From the IMG/VR virus record IMGVR_UViG_3300007538_000027, positions 1-61,011 of that record: a DNA stretch of 61,011 nt; one strand, given 5' to 3'. Below the pieces are notes generated by a model. It saw only the letters and a list, made by a program, of their open reading frames with translations, was not told the DNA's origin and did no database searches. The DNA comes from a virus. Lineage: Duplodnaviria; Caudoviricetes. The position numbers were made by a program, and so were the translations under genes. This document shows, piece by piece, positions 17,524-27,211 of this stretch (position 1 is the first letter of the stretch; every line of letters starts with the position of its first letter).

Positions 17524-17924
17524 GTATGTTTTCCTCCTTCAAATAAGTTATACGTATAGTATCAGGTTAGTTTTGTTTGTCAATATAATTATCAGAGTTT
17601 TCTTCGTCGTCGGTAATATCGGGACAAGGTTTATACCTAAATTTAATAAGATCCTCTATAAATTCTTCATCGCTCATATTGTTTATTTTGATAATTGCTT
17701 TCTTTAATCTGTTATCCATATTCATTATACGTCCTTCTTCAAGGTTTTGGTACCGTTTAGAGTACCACAGTTGTCGCACTTACAACCAGAATGTACTAGC
17801 TCCTTATCACAACTATCGCACCAATGTAATCTACCAGACTTTGGGGTTAATCTCTTCTCCCTGTTACTTTTAGTATATGGGTAGTCTTTATTATCCACAA
17901 TATCACCTCCATCTATATTTATAA

Positions 17925-18278
17925 CTACTCCATTACCTTTTCAATAATATTCTCTACGGCATAACAAGACACTTCTGCGTGATTATCCATGAAAACCTTA
18001 ATCATATTATATAGGGTTATCTTGTCATCACCTGATAGTTTTAGCGCTCCTTCAGAGGCAACATAACAACGTTCATAAAGTTCTTCGTCCATTCGCTCTA
18101 ATATAAAATCCACTACACTGTCATCAACTAACTCTGACGGTTTAATAACTACTATTTCACCTTCGTAGTAGCTATCACCAATATCAAAATCTGGAGTATC
18201 ATAGTTGAACAATTCACCACAAGTAGAGTAACACTTTTCACCATTTTTCATAAAACCTCCTGCAATTTTCCACACCAA
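17925..18278 (-). CDS. acidic hypothetical protein
   Basis: operon context. Confidence 0.6.
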   Translation of the reverse strand: MVWKIAGGFMKNGEKCYSTCGELFNYDTPDFDIGDSYYEGEIVVIKPSELVDDSVVDFILERMDEELYERCYVASEGALKLSGDDKITLYNMIKVFMDNHAEVSCYAVENIIEKVME

Positions 18279-18790
18279 AACTCCATCTGGAGTAATATAT
18301 TAAATTCTGTAGAGTTGACATCAACTCCATTTTCCCATCGTTGTTTGTAACCATTAGGCATAGTACCAACAAATGGAATACCCAACACTTTAGCTGCAAC
18401 TGCTCCAGCTAAGTCGATACCACTTTGCATACCAGAGACTACCTTATCCACCTTTAAGTGGTTAGTTACTAAAGCTAGTATCTCATACACATAATAGTTT
18501 ACATCTTCTTGTGTGAAGCCACACTTGCTTAGAGTGTGAATACTATTACCAGCAATATTGAGGGTAGTAATATTATACTTCTTCATAACTGAATATAACT
18601 TACGTGCATTCTCTATTGCAGGTGCACTGATATCTAAATGTAAGTAATTATCACCTGCAGCCTTCTTAGTTAACCTTTCACCAGCAGTGTTGAAGTCACT
18701 AGCAATTGCAACAGTAAGTTGAGCAGATGCTGCGTTCACGTAAGTCCTAGGTGCATAGCTACTAGATTTGTGTTCTATGATAGTAAACAT
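18248..18790 (-). CDS. SLOG-superfamily protein (circularly permuted YpsA / 'molybdenum carrier'-like)
   Basis: YAPRTYVN, LNIAGN and C-terminal VSGMQSGIDLAGAVAA motifs. Confidence 0.65.
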   Translation of the reverse strand: MFTIIEHKSSSYAPRTYVNAASAQLTVAIASDFNTAGERLTKKAAGDNYLHLDISAPAIENARKLYSVMKKYNITTLNIAGNSIHTLSKCGFTQEDVNYYVYEILALVTNHLKVDKVVSGMQSGIDLAGAVAAKVLGIPFVGTMPNGYKQRWENGVDVNSTEFNILLQMEFWCGKLQEVL

Positions 18791-19767
18791 TAATTACCTC
18801 CAATAAATTGACCACAAGCTGATGAAATATCTTCACCAGATGAATACTGAATTTTAAGTTGTTTAACTTTCATATTTTCTTCTAAGTATTTAACGATCAA
18901 GTTCATCTTACATGACTCTGAATCTACAGTATTAAAGCTGTTATAACGAAGTACTCTAAACTGCGTATCGTAGTAATCATCATTACTATTGAACCAGTTA
19001 ACCAATCCAACCACATCTTCTTCAGAGTCATTCACCACTTCCATGAACATATAGTGTAGTACCACGTTAATTTTAGTAGTGTCACGGAAACATGTAAGAA
19101 TATTCAAAGTGCTGTCTATACTTCTAGTATTAGGAATAATATTACCTCGCTCAACCTGATTATAGTGATGCAAAGAATAAAATAATCTAAGTGGCGTTCT
19201 TTCACCAACCATGTTACTAGGATTTAGGTTATAACCGTATAAGCTTTCATTCAAGTTTGAAAACACATCTTTCCACTTACTGGTTGTCTTTGGCATCACT
19301 GTAGAGATATCCACTCCGTCCACACCAATAGCTAAACCTTCTTCTAGTACCGTGTTCAACACTAGAATACTTACAGTACGTACAGTCTCAGGTTGTAAGA
19401 TAGCTTCTCCCATACCCATCCAACATAGTTTAATATACTTGTTAGAGATGTCTGGACGACTCTTATACACTTCTCGAATAGATGACATTATATTATCAAA
19501 TATTTGTTTTTCAGCAAGAGGTTCAAACTTCATTTTAAGTTTAGTTAAGTGACAGAAATTACATGCCATCTGACAACCCTTAGAACAAGAAATAATAATA
19601 CTGTATTTGGCTTTATCTTCCACAATGGGTTTATTTCTGTCTAGATTACTACTATCAAAACTTCCTGATGGTGACAGCTTAATTGATGTTTCACTACCAT
19701 CTTCATGTGTAAATTTAAAAGCCTGTGTTTCCTGTGAATATAACTTTTTCATACTAACATCCTCCAT
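18790..19767 (-). CDS. RlmN/Cfr-like class A radical SAM methyltransferase
   Basis: CxxxCxxC (CQMACNFC), MGMGE, SLH, C-terminal DISSACGQ. Confidence 0.75.
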   Translation of the reverse strand: MEDVSMKKLYSQETQAFKFTHEDGSETSIKLSPSGSFDSSNLDRNKPIVEDKAKYSIIISCSKGCQMACNFCHLTKLKMKFEPLAEKQIFDNIMSSIREVYKSRPDISNKYIKLCWMGMGEAILQPETVRTVSILVLNTVLEEGLAIGVDGVDISTVMPKTTSKWKDVFSNLNESLYGYNLNPSNMVGERTPLRLFYSLHHYNQVERGNIIPNTRSIDSTLNILTCFRDTTKINVVLHYMFMEVVNDSEEDVVGLVNWFNSNDDYYDTQFRVLRYNSFNTVDSESCKMNLIVKYLEENMKVKQLKIQYSSGEDISSACGQFIGGN

Positions 19768-20461
19768 AAATATTTATATTATGCTTATCTATAACTCGTT
19801 GTAAGCTACTTTGTGTCCACATCTTACCTTTGGGGTTATACACTTCCATATCATTCAGGAAGGCAACCACCTTAACCTGTGTTGGACGTTTACCTAGATA
19901 CTTGAGAGCCTTCTTAACTTCTGGTACCACATAAGATGTAGCCTCAATTGAAGATTGTCTACGTTTAGCTAACACCTCCTCAATATTCTTATCACCATTA
20001 CCAGAGTTCCTCCCGTAGTTAGGTGATGCTCTGCCACTACTAATGCCTTTAGCTTTAGCTGCAGCACAACCACGCTTAACACGGTCACGTATCATAAACC
20101 TTTCTTGTTCAGCCATAGCAGCATACAAATGCAATTGAAAGTTATCAGCATTAGGAATAGAAGCAACTTTAAATTTAACATTACTTTCCATGTACATAGC
20201 AATCTGTGATACCCTACGACTTAGTCGGTCTAATTTCTGGATCACCAATGTAGCCCCAGTACTCTTACAAGTTTCCATAGCTTTATCTAACTCAGGTTTA
20301 ATTTCTGCAGCACCAGATATAAACTCATGGAAGTCTCCTACAATTTCATAAGACTCTAGAGAATTTAAATAGTAATTGATATCTGCAAGTTGTGAGTCAA
20401 AACCATGTTGGTTCTTAGTTATATCCTCTTTACTCAAACGTCTATATAATACCACTTTCAT
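19754..20461 (-). CDS. serine recombinase (resolvase/invertase family) with C-terminal DNA-binding region
   Basis: YRRLS catalytic Ser motif, E..SG, KPEL, LVIQKLDRLSR, ER..IRDRVK.G. Confidence 0.9.
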   Translation of the reverse strand: MKVVLYRRLSKEDITKNQHGFDSQLADINYYLNSLESYEIVGDFHEFISGAAEIKPELDKAMETCKSTGATLVIQKLDRLSRRVSQIAMYMESNVKFKVASIPNADNFQLHLYAAMAEQERFMIRDRVKRGCAAAKAKGISSGRASPNYGRNSGNGDKNIEEVLAKRRQSSIEATSYVVPEVKKALKYLGKRPTQVKVVAFLNDMEVYNPKGKMWTQSSLQRVIDKHNINIYGGC

Positions 20462-20511
20462 ATTTAAATCCTCTCTAATTATTAACTGCAGTCATAGTAA
20501 CGTACTGAATA

Positions 20512-20826
20512 TTATCCGTCAATACTTTTATTGATAATATCTAATATTTTATTTAAGTCATCTTCAGTGACATGCTTTGGGATACTCCCACAAAAGAATG
20601 ATTCATATATTTGCATACTCTTATCAGTGCATCGTTTGTGTACAATGTAATCTTCTTTACTATGGTATAACCTATTACCCCAAGGATATGTTTCAGATCC
20701 AACAGTAATACTAGTACCATCATCTGAAATATCATTGATAGTATTAAACTCATCTCTCTTAGGGTTGTATACTTCCATACCAACAAAGTAAGATTGCCAG
20801 TGGATATGTCTAGGAATTTTACTCAT
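20512..20826 (-). CDS. hypothetical protein
   Basis: operon context. Confidence 0.65.
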   Translation of the reverse strand: MSKIPRHIHWQSYFVGMEVYNPKRDEFNTINDISDDGTSITVGSETYPWGNRLYHSKEDYIVHKRCTDKSMQIYESFFCGSIPKHVTEDDLNKILDIINKSIDG

Positions 20827-21130
20827 AATATCTCCGTGTTGTCATAGAAAAGTCAGGTTCAATTTGAACACTAAAAACCACTTCATTATTATAGGCAAGT
20901 TCAGTCTTGTTTGCAGATATATAGTTTAGTAATGTGTAGTCCTCTTTAAATAGCGTTTCTATTATAAGGTTATTGTGTTTTAAATACCTGAAGAACTCTT
21001 TATCAAGCAAAGCATTAAATTGATCACTAAGACTAAAAGATATATTATCATAAGGTCGTAACCACGAATTACTTATCAAATCTTTATTAGCAAAAGTAGT
21101 GTTTGGTATGTCAAAGTTTAATCTGCTCAT
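20819..21130 (-). CDS. hypothetical protein
   Basis: AAGGAG SD. Confidence 0.65.
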   Translation of the reverse strand: MSRLNFDIPNTTFANKDLISNSWLRPYDNISFSLSDQFNALLDKEFFRYLKHNNLIIETLFKEDYTLLNYISANKTELAYNNEVVFSVQIEPDFSMTTRRYYE

Positions 21131-21131
21131 A

Positions 21132-21377
21132 CTAATCTACTCCTTGCAGGATGTAAGTTCCAGTTGGTTTCAGTTCTTCTTCTGGAGTAAGGTCGCGTGT
21201 TTCCCACACTAAATAACCTAACGCACTATTAGTACGAGCCTTCTTTAACCATCCAAGTAAACCGTTTGCTGGGTATGGACCAGAAACTTTAGTTTCATCT
21301 AAAACTCTGTTGTAACTTGTAAGCATTAAACGTTTCATAAATATAAACCTCCTAAAATAATTAAACCACAGAAACAT
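21132..21377 (-). CDS. hypothetical protein (likely start MKRL)
   Basis: AGGAGG SD before internal ATG. Confidence 0.6.
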   Translation of the reverse strand: MFLWFNYFRRFIFMKRLMLTSYNRVLDETKVSGPYPANGLLGWLKKARTNSALGYLVWETRDLTPEEELKPTGTYILQGVD

Positions 21378-21412
21378 AATAGTCCCTGTGGTTTATAATG
21401 TCAAACACTTTA

Positions 21413-21931
21413 TTACTTACATACACCTTTATATTTATCACCCAACATACGAGTATACTCATTAAAAGGTATCATACCCATGCCATCATATGGTGTAACA
21501 ATCATGTATGCAATCATCTCAAGCGCTACACGTTGCTCAATACCAGCATCATTAATAAGTGTGCCAGCAACAGCTTTAAGTACATCACGGACTTCTGATA
21601 AACTAGCAGCACCTTTCTCAGTTGATGGAGTATGTGCACCAATATCAGTACTGGGATACATACAAACATCATTGCTGAACAATACCATGTACGGTGCTGC
21701 AGAGTAAGCTTTCATAACCTTTAGTTTGATATTCTTATCTCTAAGACAGATACCAATGTTATAAGCTTCTCTTAGCAAACCACCATTACTGAGTACAACA
21801 ATAGTACTATTAGGTTTAACTTGGTCACTACAAATGTAAGTAGTGGTAGCTTCATCTACTTCCTGCAGAATATACTCAGCCTGTGAACCAAATGACATAA
21901 ATAGTAGTACAACACTTAACAAACTTTTCAT
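21413..21931 (-). CDS. secreted protein with ClpP/crotonase-like fold motifs
   Basis: signal peptide MKSLLSVVLLFMSFGSQA; SNGG...IG..LR...SAA...IGAH pattern. Confidence 0.5.
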   Translation of the reverse strand: MKSLLSVVLLFMSFGSQAEYILQEVDEATTTYICSDQVKPNSTIVVLSNGGLLREAYNIGICLRDKNIKLKVMKAYSAAPYMVLFSNDVCMYPSTDIGAHTPSTEKGAASLSEVRDVLKAVAGTLINDAGIEQRVALEMIAYMIVTPYDGMGMIPFNEYTRMLGDKYKGVCK

Positions 21932-21948
21932 AACAGTACCCTCCAATA

Positions 21949-22443
21949 TTAATAGTTTCCAGCCAGATAAATTATCCAACCTATAATGTATACCATTGCG
22001 ACATTCTCAAATGCCCATTGCTTCTTGATGCTGAGTAACACTTCTTCGTTAAACCATAACGACAATAGTATCAACTCAAAACCAAGCATGTTCCACCAAA
22101 TATAATCAACTGGAGGCATAAACCAATTTGTTATAGTTTGAAATTGTAGTATATTAAGCCACAGGAAGCCCACTGCTTGGATAGTGACCACGTACTTAAC
22201 CAATGGATTATATTTAAGTAATCTACCTGCTATGAGTATTGTGATAAGTTCATGAATAGATTGCATCATAAACCAAGCACCACCAGTAAGGTAATACTCC
22301 TTAAAGAATCCTGTGATCATCCAACTAATAGAGAACCAAAGTGCAAATTTACGAAACATAATATTAGGGTGAAATACAATAGTCACAATTATTAGTATTT
22401 TATAAATTATAGCCCAGTTCTCTAATGGTAAGACAAAGAACAC
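21949..22443 (-). CDS. multi-pass membrane protein
   Basis: 5-6 hydrophobic segments. Confidence 0.7.
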   Translation of the reverse strand: MFFVLPLENWAIIYKILIIVTIVFHPNIMFRKFALWFSISWMITGFFKEYYLTGGAWFMMQSIHELITILIAGRLLKYNPLVKYVVTIQAVGFLWLNILQFQTITNWFMPPVDYIWWNMLGFELILLSLWFNEEVLLSIKKQWAFENVAMVYIIGWIIYLAGNY

Positions 22444-23129
22444 TATAGAGCCTTTTTAATTGGTGGGTTTCCTGATCCAGCACTAGGAGTCATGTTAGTA
22501 GCTTTTGCATCTTCCATTGCAGATAACATTGGTGCAAGCATGTCCTCATAGTACTCAGTACCGAATAATGTCACAGTTTTACGTTCTGGAAAGTGGGCAG
22601 TATAAGTAATTTGTTTTTCTATATTGACAAGTCTTGTGGTTGGTTCTAGACAATCACTTCCATATAATTTTAAGCCATTACCAATATCACAACACTCTAA
22701 GTGCTTATCCTCTGAAAAAGAGGCTCCATCAGTAAAAGCAGTAACATCACAACCACAATCGCTGCACATTTTAATATAAGCTTGGATAGTATCTTCGTCT
22801 AAACCATCTAATAGGACAGCAGTATTTTTCATATCGGTAATTTCATTTGTCATAATTGTTTCCTTTTGAGTTGGTTTAGTTAAACCTAAATGTTCGTCAA
22901 GTTGGTCTATGGTTAGTTCTGGCACATCTTCATCTTCTTCTGCATAATTACCAATAATATTCCAGAAATAAGTATCTAACTCAGAATCAAGTCCAAAGTA
23001 TATGTAGTCTCCTCTCCACTCTACACCTTCTGAAAGATTACCACCTGCAGCAAGATATTTATTTATAATTTCGTCAACTTGGTCAAATGACATACCTTCA
23101 ATATTAATACAAAACTGTTTAACACTCAT
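22443..23129 (-). CDS. acidic hypothetical protein
   Basis: own promoter (TTGACA-17-TATAAT) and GAGGAG SD. Confidence 0.7.
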   Translation of the reverse strand: MSVKQFCINIEGMSFDQVDEIINKYLAAGGNLSEGVEWRGDYIYFGLDSELDTYFWNIIGNYAEEDEDVPELTIDQLDEHLGLTKPTQKETIMTNEITDMKNTAVLLDGLDEDTIQAYIKMCSDCGCDVTAFTDGASFSEDKHLECCDIGNGLKLYGSDCLEPTTRLVNIEKQITYTAHFPERKTVTLFGTEYYEDMLAPMLSAMEDAKATNMTPSAGSGNPPIKKAL

Positions 23130-23315
23130 ATTATTTCTCCTCTTAACTTAAATTATTAACTATTATAGCGAAGTCTATTTGTTCTGTCAAGCAGAAATCT
23201 TGTATAGTTTCATATTCATCGCATAGATCTTCTAACCCACAAGACAATGCACCTGTATATGGTGAGTTTGTATAACACATATCTTGGATACTGCTGAATT
23301 CCATTTGATTATTCC

Positions 23316-24623
23316 TTATTTTAACTTCTGCTTACTTTCAATATCCTGTTTACTGTCAGCCACTACCTTATCATAACGTACTTGCTTAAAGATTGGTAAG
23401 AATAGGCTATGTTGTAATGTTTTCTTATCTTGGGTAATAGAATCATACTCTACTTCTACTACTTTGCCAACTAATATTTCTTCATTCCAAAAATTAACAC
23501 GTTGTTCATCAGAGAAACCGCTACCACAGTTAACCTTAATACCACCACAAGAGGATTCTAAAATTAACCCACCTAAAGACCCTTCAGCTTTTCCCTCACC
23601 TTCATAGATGCCAACAACCTCAAGGTCTGCAGGTTCCTTTCTCTTCATTTTAACACAGTCTGCTGGTTTACCATTATCACTCCAAGGAGCTTTAAGTTGT
23701 TTTAAAATAGCACCTTCAAAACCAGAACGTACATAACCTTCAAATACAGTATAAGCTTCTTCTAATGAGTTTACAATAGTACGTGGTATAAGTTTAACCT
23801 TTTCACAATTACTACTAGTGACTAGTTCTTCTAGGAGAAGTCTACGTTTATCATTATTTACATGATACTTACCTTTAGGGGTATAATGTACAGCATTAAT
23901 AATATCCCACACTTGGTAATACACACTATCACATTCCTCTTTTGTGGCAGTACCTTTAATGATTTTATTAATGATACCATTTCCTTGCTCACGAGTACCT
24001 TTAGTTAAGTCAAATACTAATTCCCCTTCAAGGACGTAACCTTCCAATAGTGGATTAGATAACTCACTCTCAAGACTATCCAATCCAGTAATAGGGTTAC
24101 CATTACGAGACATCATACTAACTCCGCACACTGTAGCACAATAGGAACCATCAGACTTTAGTTCTACTGCAGCAGGGTAAGTAATCTTCGATATAGCTTT
24201 GTCAGACATACTTACAGCTCCATGTCTTGGAGGAGTAACAATCAAACCTTTCCACACCTTATTGATAGTAGATTGTCCAACACCACAACGTAAGTCACCT
24301 TTAAGAATGTTAATAATAACTTCTGCGTCTTCACTGGATAAGGAAGTTAATAATGAGGATACGTACTCTTGTGCAGCATGGCCTCTTTTATTCTCAGACA
24401 ACATAACTATTAATTGGTTTAATCCAGCTTCAATACTAGACTCACCAGTACACTCTAAGTATGGTGGAATCTGTTTCATGTAAAAATTAATCGTAGGTGA
24501 ATACGCTAATTCAAAACACAATTTTAGTGTAGTGTTATTCTTATTATCTTGTAGAATTTGTTCTTTACCATTCTTACTTGATTCTTGTGCAACCAAAGAT
24601 AAAACCTCTGATACTTTACTCAT
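23316..24623 (-). CDS. ATP-dependent DNA ligase
   Basis: motif I ELKSDG, LEGEL, FEGAILK, KMK, C-terminal OB fold (SLFLPIF..VRYDK). Confidence 0.92.
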   Translation of the reverse strand: MSKVSEVLSLVAQESSKNGKEQILQDNKNNTTLKLCFELAYSPTINFYMKQIPPYLECTGESSIEAGLNQLIVMLSENKRGHAAQEYVSSLLTSLSSEDAEVIINILKGDLRCGVGQSTINKVWKGLIVTPPRHGAVSMSDKAISKITYPAAVELKSDGSYCATVCGVSMMSRNGNPITGLDSLESELSNPLLEGYVLEGELVFDLTKGTREQGNGIINKIIKGTATKEECDSVYYQVWDIINAVHYTPKGKYHVNNDKRRLLLEELVTSSNCEKVKLIPRTIVNSLEEAYTVFEGYVRSGFEGAILKQLKAPWSDNGKPADCVKMKRKEPADLEVVGIYEGEGKAEGSLGGLILESSCGGIKVNCGSGFSDEQRVNFWNEEILVGKVVEVEYDSITQDKKTLQHSLFLPIFKQVRYDKVVADSKQDIESKQKLK

Positions 24624-24875
24624 TTAATCCTCCTCTATACCATATTTACATAAACATTCTTCATAACCATCTGATCTTCCTTCATGGTACCCATCATTTA
24701 ATCCACTATCATAAGCTGAATCTAACTCTGTATCACCTTCAGGAGTATCTTCATCTAAGTACTTCTCAATTAAATCCTCTAAGTATGACCAATCTTCTCC
24801 TGTAATAATCTCAACTTCACCAAGAGAACCGTAGTGTAACACTTCATCAATTGAATGTAAAGTTTCTATTTTCAT
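24624..24875 (-). CDS. acidic hypothetical protein
   Basis: operon context. Confidence 0.6.
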   Translation of the reverse strand: MKIETLHSIDEVLHYGSLGEVEIITGEDWSYLEDLIEKYLDEDTPEGDTELDSAYDSGLNDGYHEGRSDGYEECLCKYGIEED

Positions 24876-24884
24876 ATCACCACC

Positions 24885-25394
24885 TTAAAACTTAGTAGAA
24901 TTACGTTTCTGTTTATCACTAAGACCATACATGTGTAACCCAGTTAGGTAACCTTCTTCTGTGACATAAACTTTGGTCTTATAAAATACATTATTCATAC
25001 CAAAGAAGTAAACCTGACCTTTCCAGTATTCACCTTCAATACGTTGAGTAATACCTTTGAACACAATATAGCAACTCACAGTAATCCCTTCATTACAAGG
25101 TCGTCCAAACGGAGGTTTAGTGGTATACTTCTCAACAAACCTATTCCAGTTACAAGGTTGAGTTACTTTACCTTTAAGAGTCTGGCAACGATTACGGTAG
25201 TTTAGATGTACGCTATGGTGAACACACTTACTTAGTTCTATAGAGGGACTACCATTATTACACCAATAGTAACCTCTAGCTATATCAGCTTTACATAGTA
25301 TATGTTGAGAATTATAAAACTCTTCCCATGTAGTGTCGCTAGTCTTAGGTAACCCAACACAATTACCAACTTTAAATTCATTCATATTAAACAT
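24885..25394 (-). CDS. hypothetical protein
   Basis: GAGGAG SD. Confidence 0.65.
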   Translation of the reverse strand: MFNMNEFKVGNCVGLPKTSDTTWEEFYNSQHILCKADIARGYYWCNNGSPSIELSKCVHHSVHLNYRNRCQTLKGKVTQPCNWNRFVEKYTTKPPFGRPCNEGITVSCYIVFKGITQRIEGEYWKGQVYFFGMNNVFYKTKVYVTEEGYLTGLHMYGLSDKQKRNSTKF

Positions 25395-25469
25395 CTCCTC
25401 ATAAAATAAAATCCTACACCATTTCTGGAATAGGATTAGTGTATTACAAGTTAATTTAAATTACAACTA

Positions 25470-26297
25470 TTATTTATCAAGATAGTTAATAATTTTCTGG
25501 CGTAGGGTTTCCAACTTGATATTGTGCGGGTATTTAATATCAAGTGATACTGCAGCAGACTTTAGTACAGACAAATCTTGTGTTGTCATGATATCATCAA
25601 TACCTACGTCAACAGATGACTCCTCTAACTTTTCGTGTGTACACTCCCAGACTTCATCAGTATAATCTTCATCATAAATAAAACTTACTAAACGTTCATG
25701 AGGCCATGATTGAAGTTGTTCACGAGTAATTTCTGGTGCTTCATCTTCTGGTGACGTTGCTGCAGCACGAGCTTCTAGGCGAGTGCATACATCATCTGAG
25801 TCAAAATAATAATCAGTTCCAGACAATACACTTTCAATTTCATCTTCAGTAAGGAAGTGTTTATATACTCCACGTACTAATCTGCCAATAGATTTTTGTT
25901 GGTGGACTATATACTCAGCTAAGTTGTTAGTCTTGCCATAATTACCACTACTGCTGGTGTGAACCATGAATTCCAAATGATCATTAACTCTGAACTCATG
26001 TCCAGATAAGAATATCATAGTACCAGCAGAAGCTACTGTACCTACAGCCTCACAAATAATGTGAGCGTGACACTGGTTCATTGCGCTGATTATCGCATGG
26101 GCAGTATCTAACCTACCCCCATCACACGTTATTGAAATGTGTACTACATCTCCTTCTTTTGCTGAACGAATAGCTCCTATTTCTTCACGGAAATCCTCTG
26201 GGGCAGTAATGTCACGGTCAATTGAAATTTCAATATAAGATGACATTGGTGTAACCTGCACTGATGGTGCCGATAAAAGTAATTGATTATTTTTCAA
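25470..26297 (-). CDS. ClpP-like serine protease with C-terminal HeH-like domain
   Basis: I.CDGG.L, VASAG, FMVH motifs; C-terminal LKSAAVSLDIKYPHNIKLETLRQKI. Confidence 0.8.
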   Translation of the reverse strand: MKNNQLLLSAPSVQVTPMSSYIEISIDRDITAPEDFREEIGAIRSAKEGDVVHISITCDGGRLDTAHAIISAMNQCHAHIICEAVGTVASAGTMIFLSGHEFRVNDHLEFMVHTSSSGNYGKTNNLAEYIVHQQKSIGRLVRGVYKHFLTEDEIESVLSGTDYYFDSDDVCTRLEARAAATSPEDEAPEITREQLQSWPHERLVSFIYDEDYTDEVWECTHEKLEESSVDVGIDDIMTTQDLSVLKSAAVSLDIKYPHNIKLETLRQKIINYLDK

Positions 26298-26319
26298 ATT
26301 GTAACCTCCTTAGATTAAA

Positions 26320-26333
26320 ACACATCCATGTGT
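26320..26333 (-). promoter_or_regulatory. CsrA/RsmA-type GGA hairpin upstream of SD
   Basis: ACACAUGGAUGUGU about 10 nt 5' of AGGAGG. Confidence 0.55.
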
Positions 26334-26342
26334 AAAAACTAT

Positions 26343-27131
26343 CTACTCTTCGTATAACTCAACAATTCTACGAGATAAAGCAGAACGCATATTCTCATCT
26401 GCGTATAATCTTACAAAACCCATTGTTGGTTCAGTACTGATTAATTCACCCTCTTCGTCCTCTATTGTAATCTTATTAACAAAATCGCTGAAACCATCTT
26501 TGCGCTTCTTGGTAGAATATTGTTGGAACTTGTCACCTAGTAGACATACCCTACTTCCTTTACCGCAGCGCTCCAGTAATAGTTTTACAGTTTGTGGTGA
26601 TAAGAATTGACTTTCATCGATAATAATCAAACTATCATCTAAAGTCTGTCCTGCAATGAAGTTAGGTATTGTAAATACAATGCGCTCAGCCTTTTCTTCC
26701 ATCTCAAGTTTACCTTTAGACATGAATGTGTGAAAGATAGATTTCATCGCAACCCAGTGCATAAAAAGCTTCTCATCAGCGGTTCCTTTTAAGGCACCAA
26801 GGTCGTCATCACCTACCTGTGATGGAGTTTTAATAAACACAATACGTTTGTAGCAACCACGTTTAAGGTCATTCAACCCTTGCCAAATAGCGGTAGTACT
26901 TTTACCAGTACCAGAACTACCTTGAACTGCGGTAAGTTCATTGACACACATACTATGGATTATTTCCTTTTGACCCTCTGTTGGTTTGAACCAGTCTAAT
27001 TTATAATTCTCAGACGCTGCAGCACGTTCACTCATTACTAACTCTGTACCTTGCTTGGCACGAGATTCATGACGGTCAACTTTAGCTTTATTTCTCTTCC
27101 CTTTACGGTTAACATGGCGTTCCTGATTCAT
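26343..27131 (-). CDS. phoH: PhoH-family ATPase
   Basis: GSSGTGKS Walker A, GQTLD..LIIIDESQ, ERCG, LGD..Q, RS.L. Confidence 0.9.
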   Translation of the reverse strand: MNQERHVNRKGKRNKAKVDRHESRAKQGTELVMSERAAASENYKLDWFKPTEGQKEIIHSMCVNELTAVQGSSGTGKSTTAIWQGLNDLKRGCYKRIVFIKTPSQVGDDDLGALKGTADEKLFMHWVAMKSIFHTFMSKGKLEMEEKAERIVFTIPNFIAGQTLDDSLIIIDESQFLSPQTVKLLLERCGKGSRVCLLGDKFQQYSTKKRKDGFSDFVNKITIEDEEGELISTEPTMGFVRLYADENMRSALSRRIVELYEE

Positions 27132-27211
27132 AGTATTCTCCAGTGTTATTTAATTATAGGACTACTCTTACTTACGAAATTAAATCGTTGCCACTTATGC
27201 CATGTACCTCC

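Noticed and set aside
19754-20461. Serine recombinase as evidence of a temperate lifestyle
   Set aside because: At 235 aa it is too short for a large serine integrase, and no repressor or lysogeny module is present in the window.
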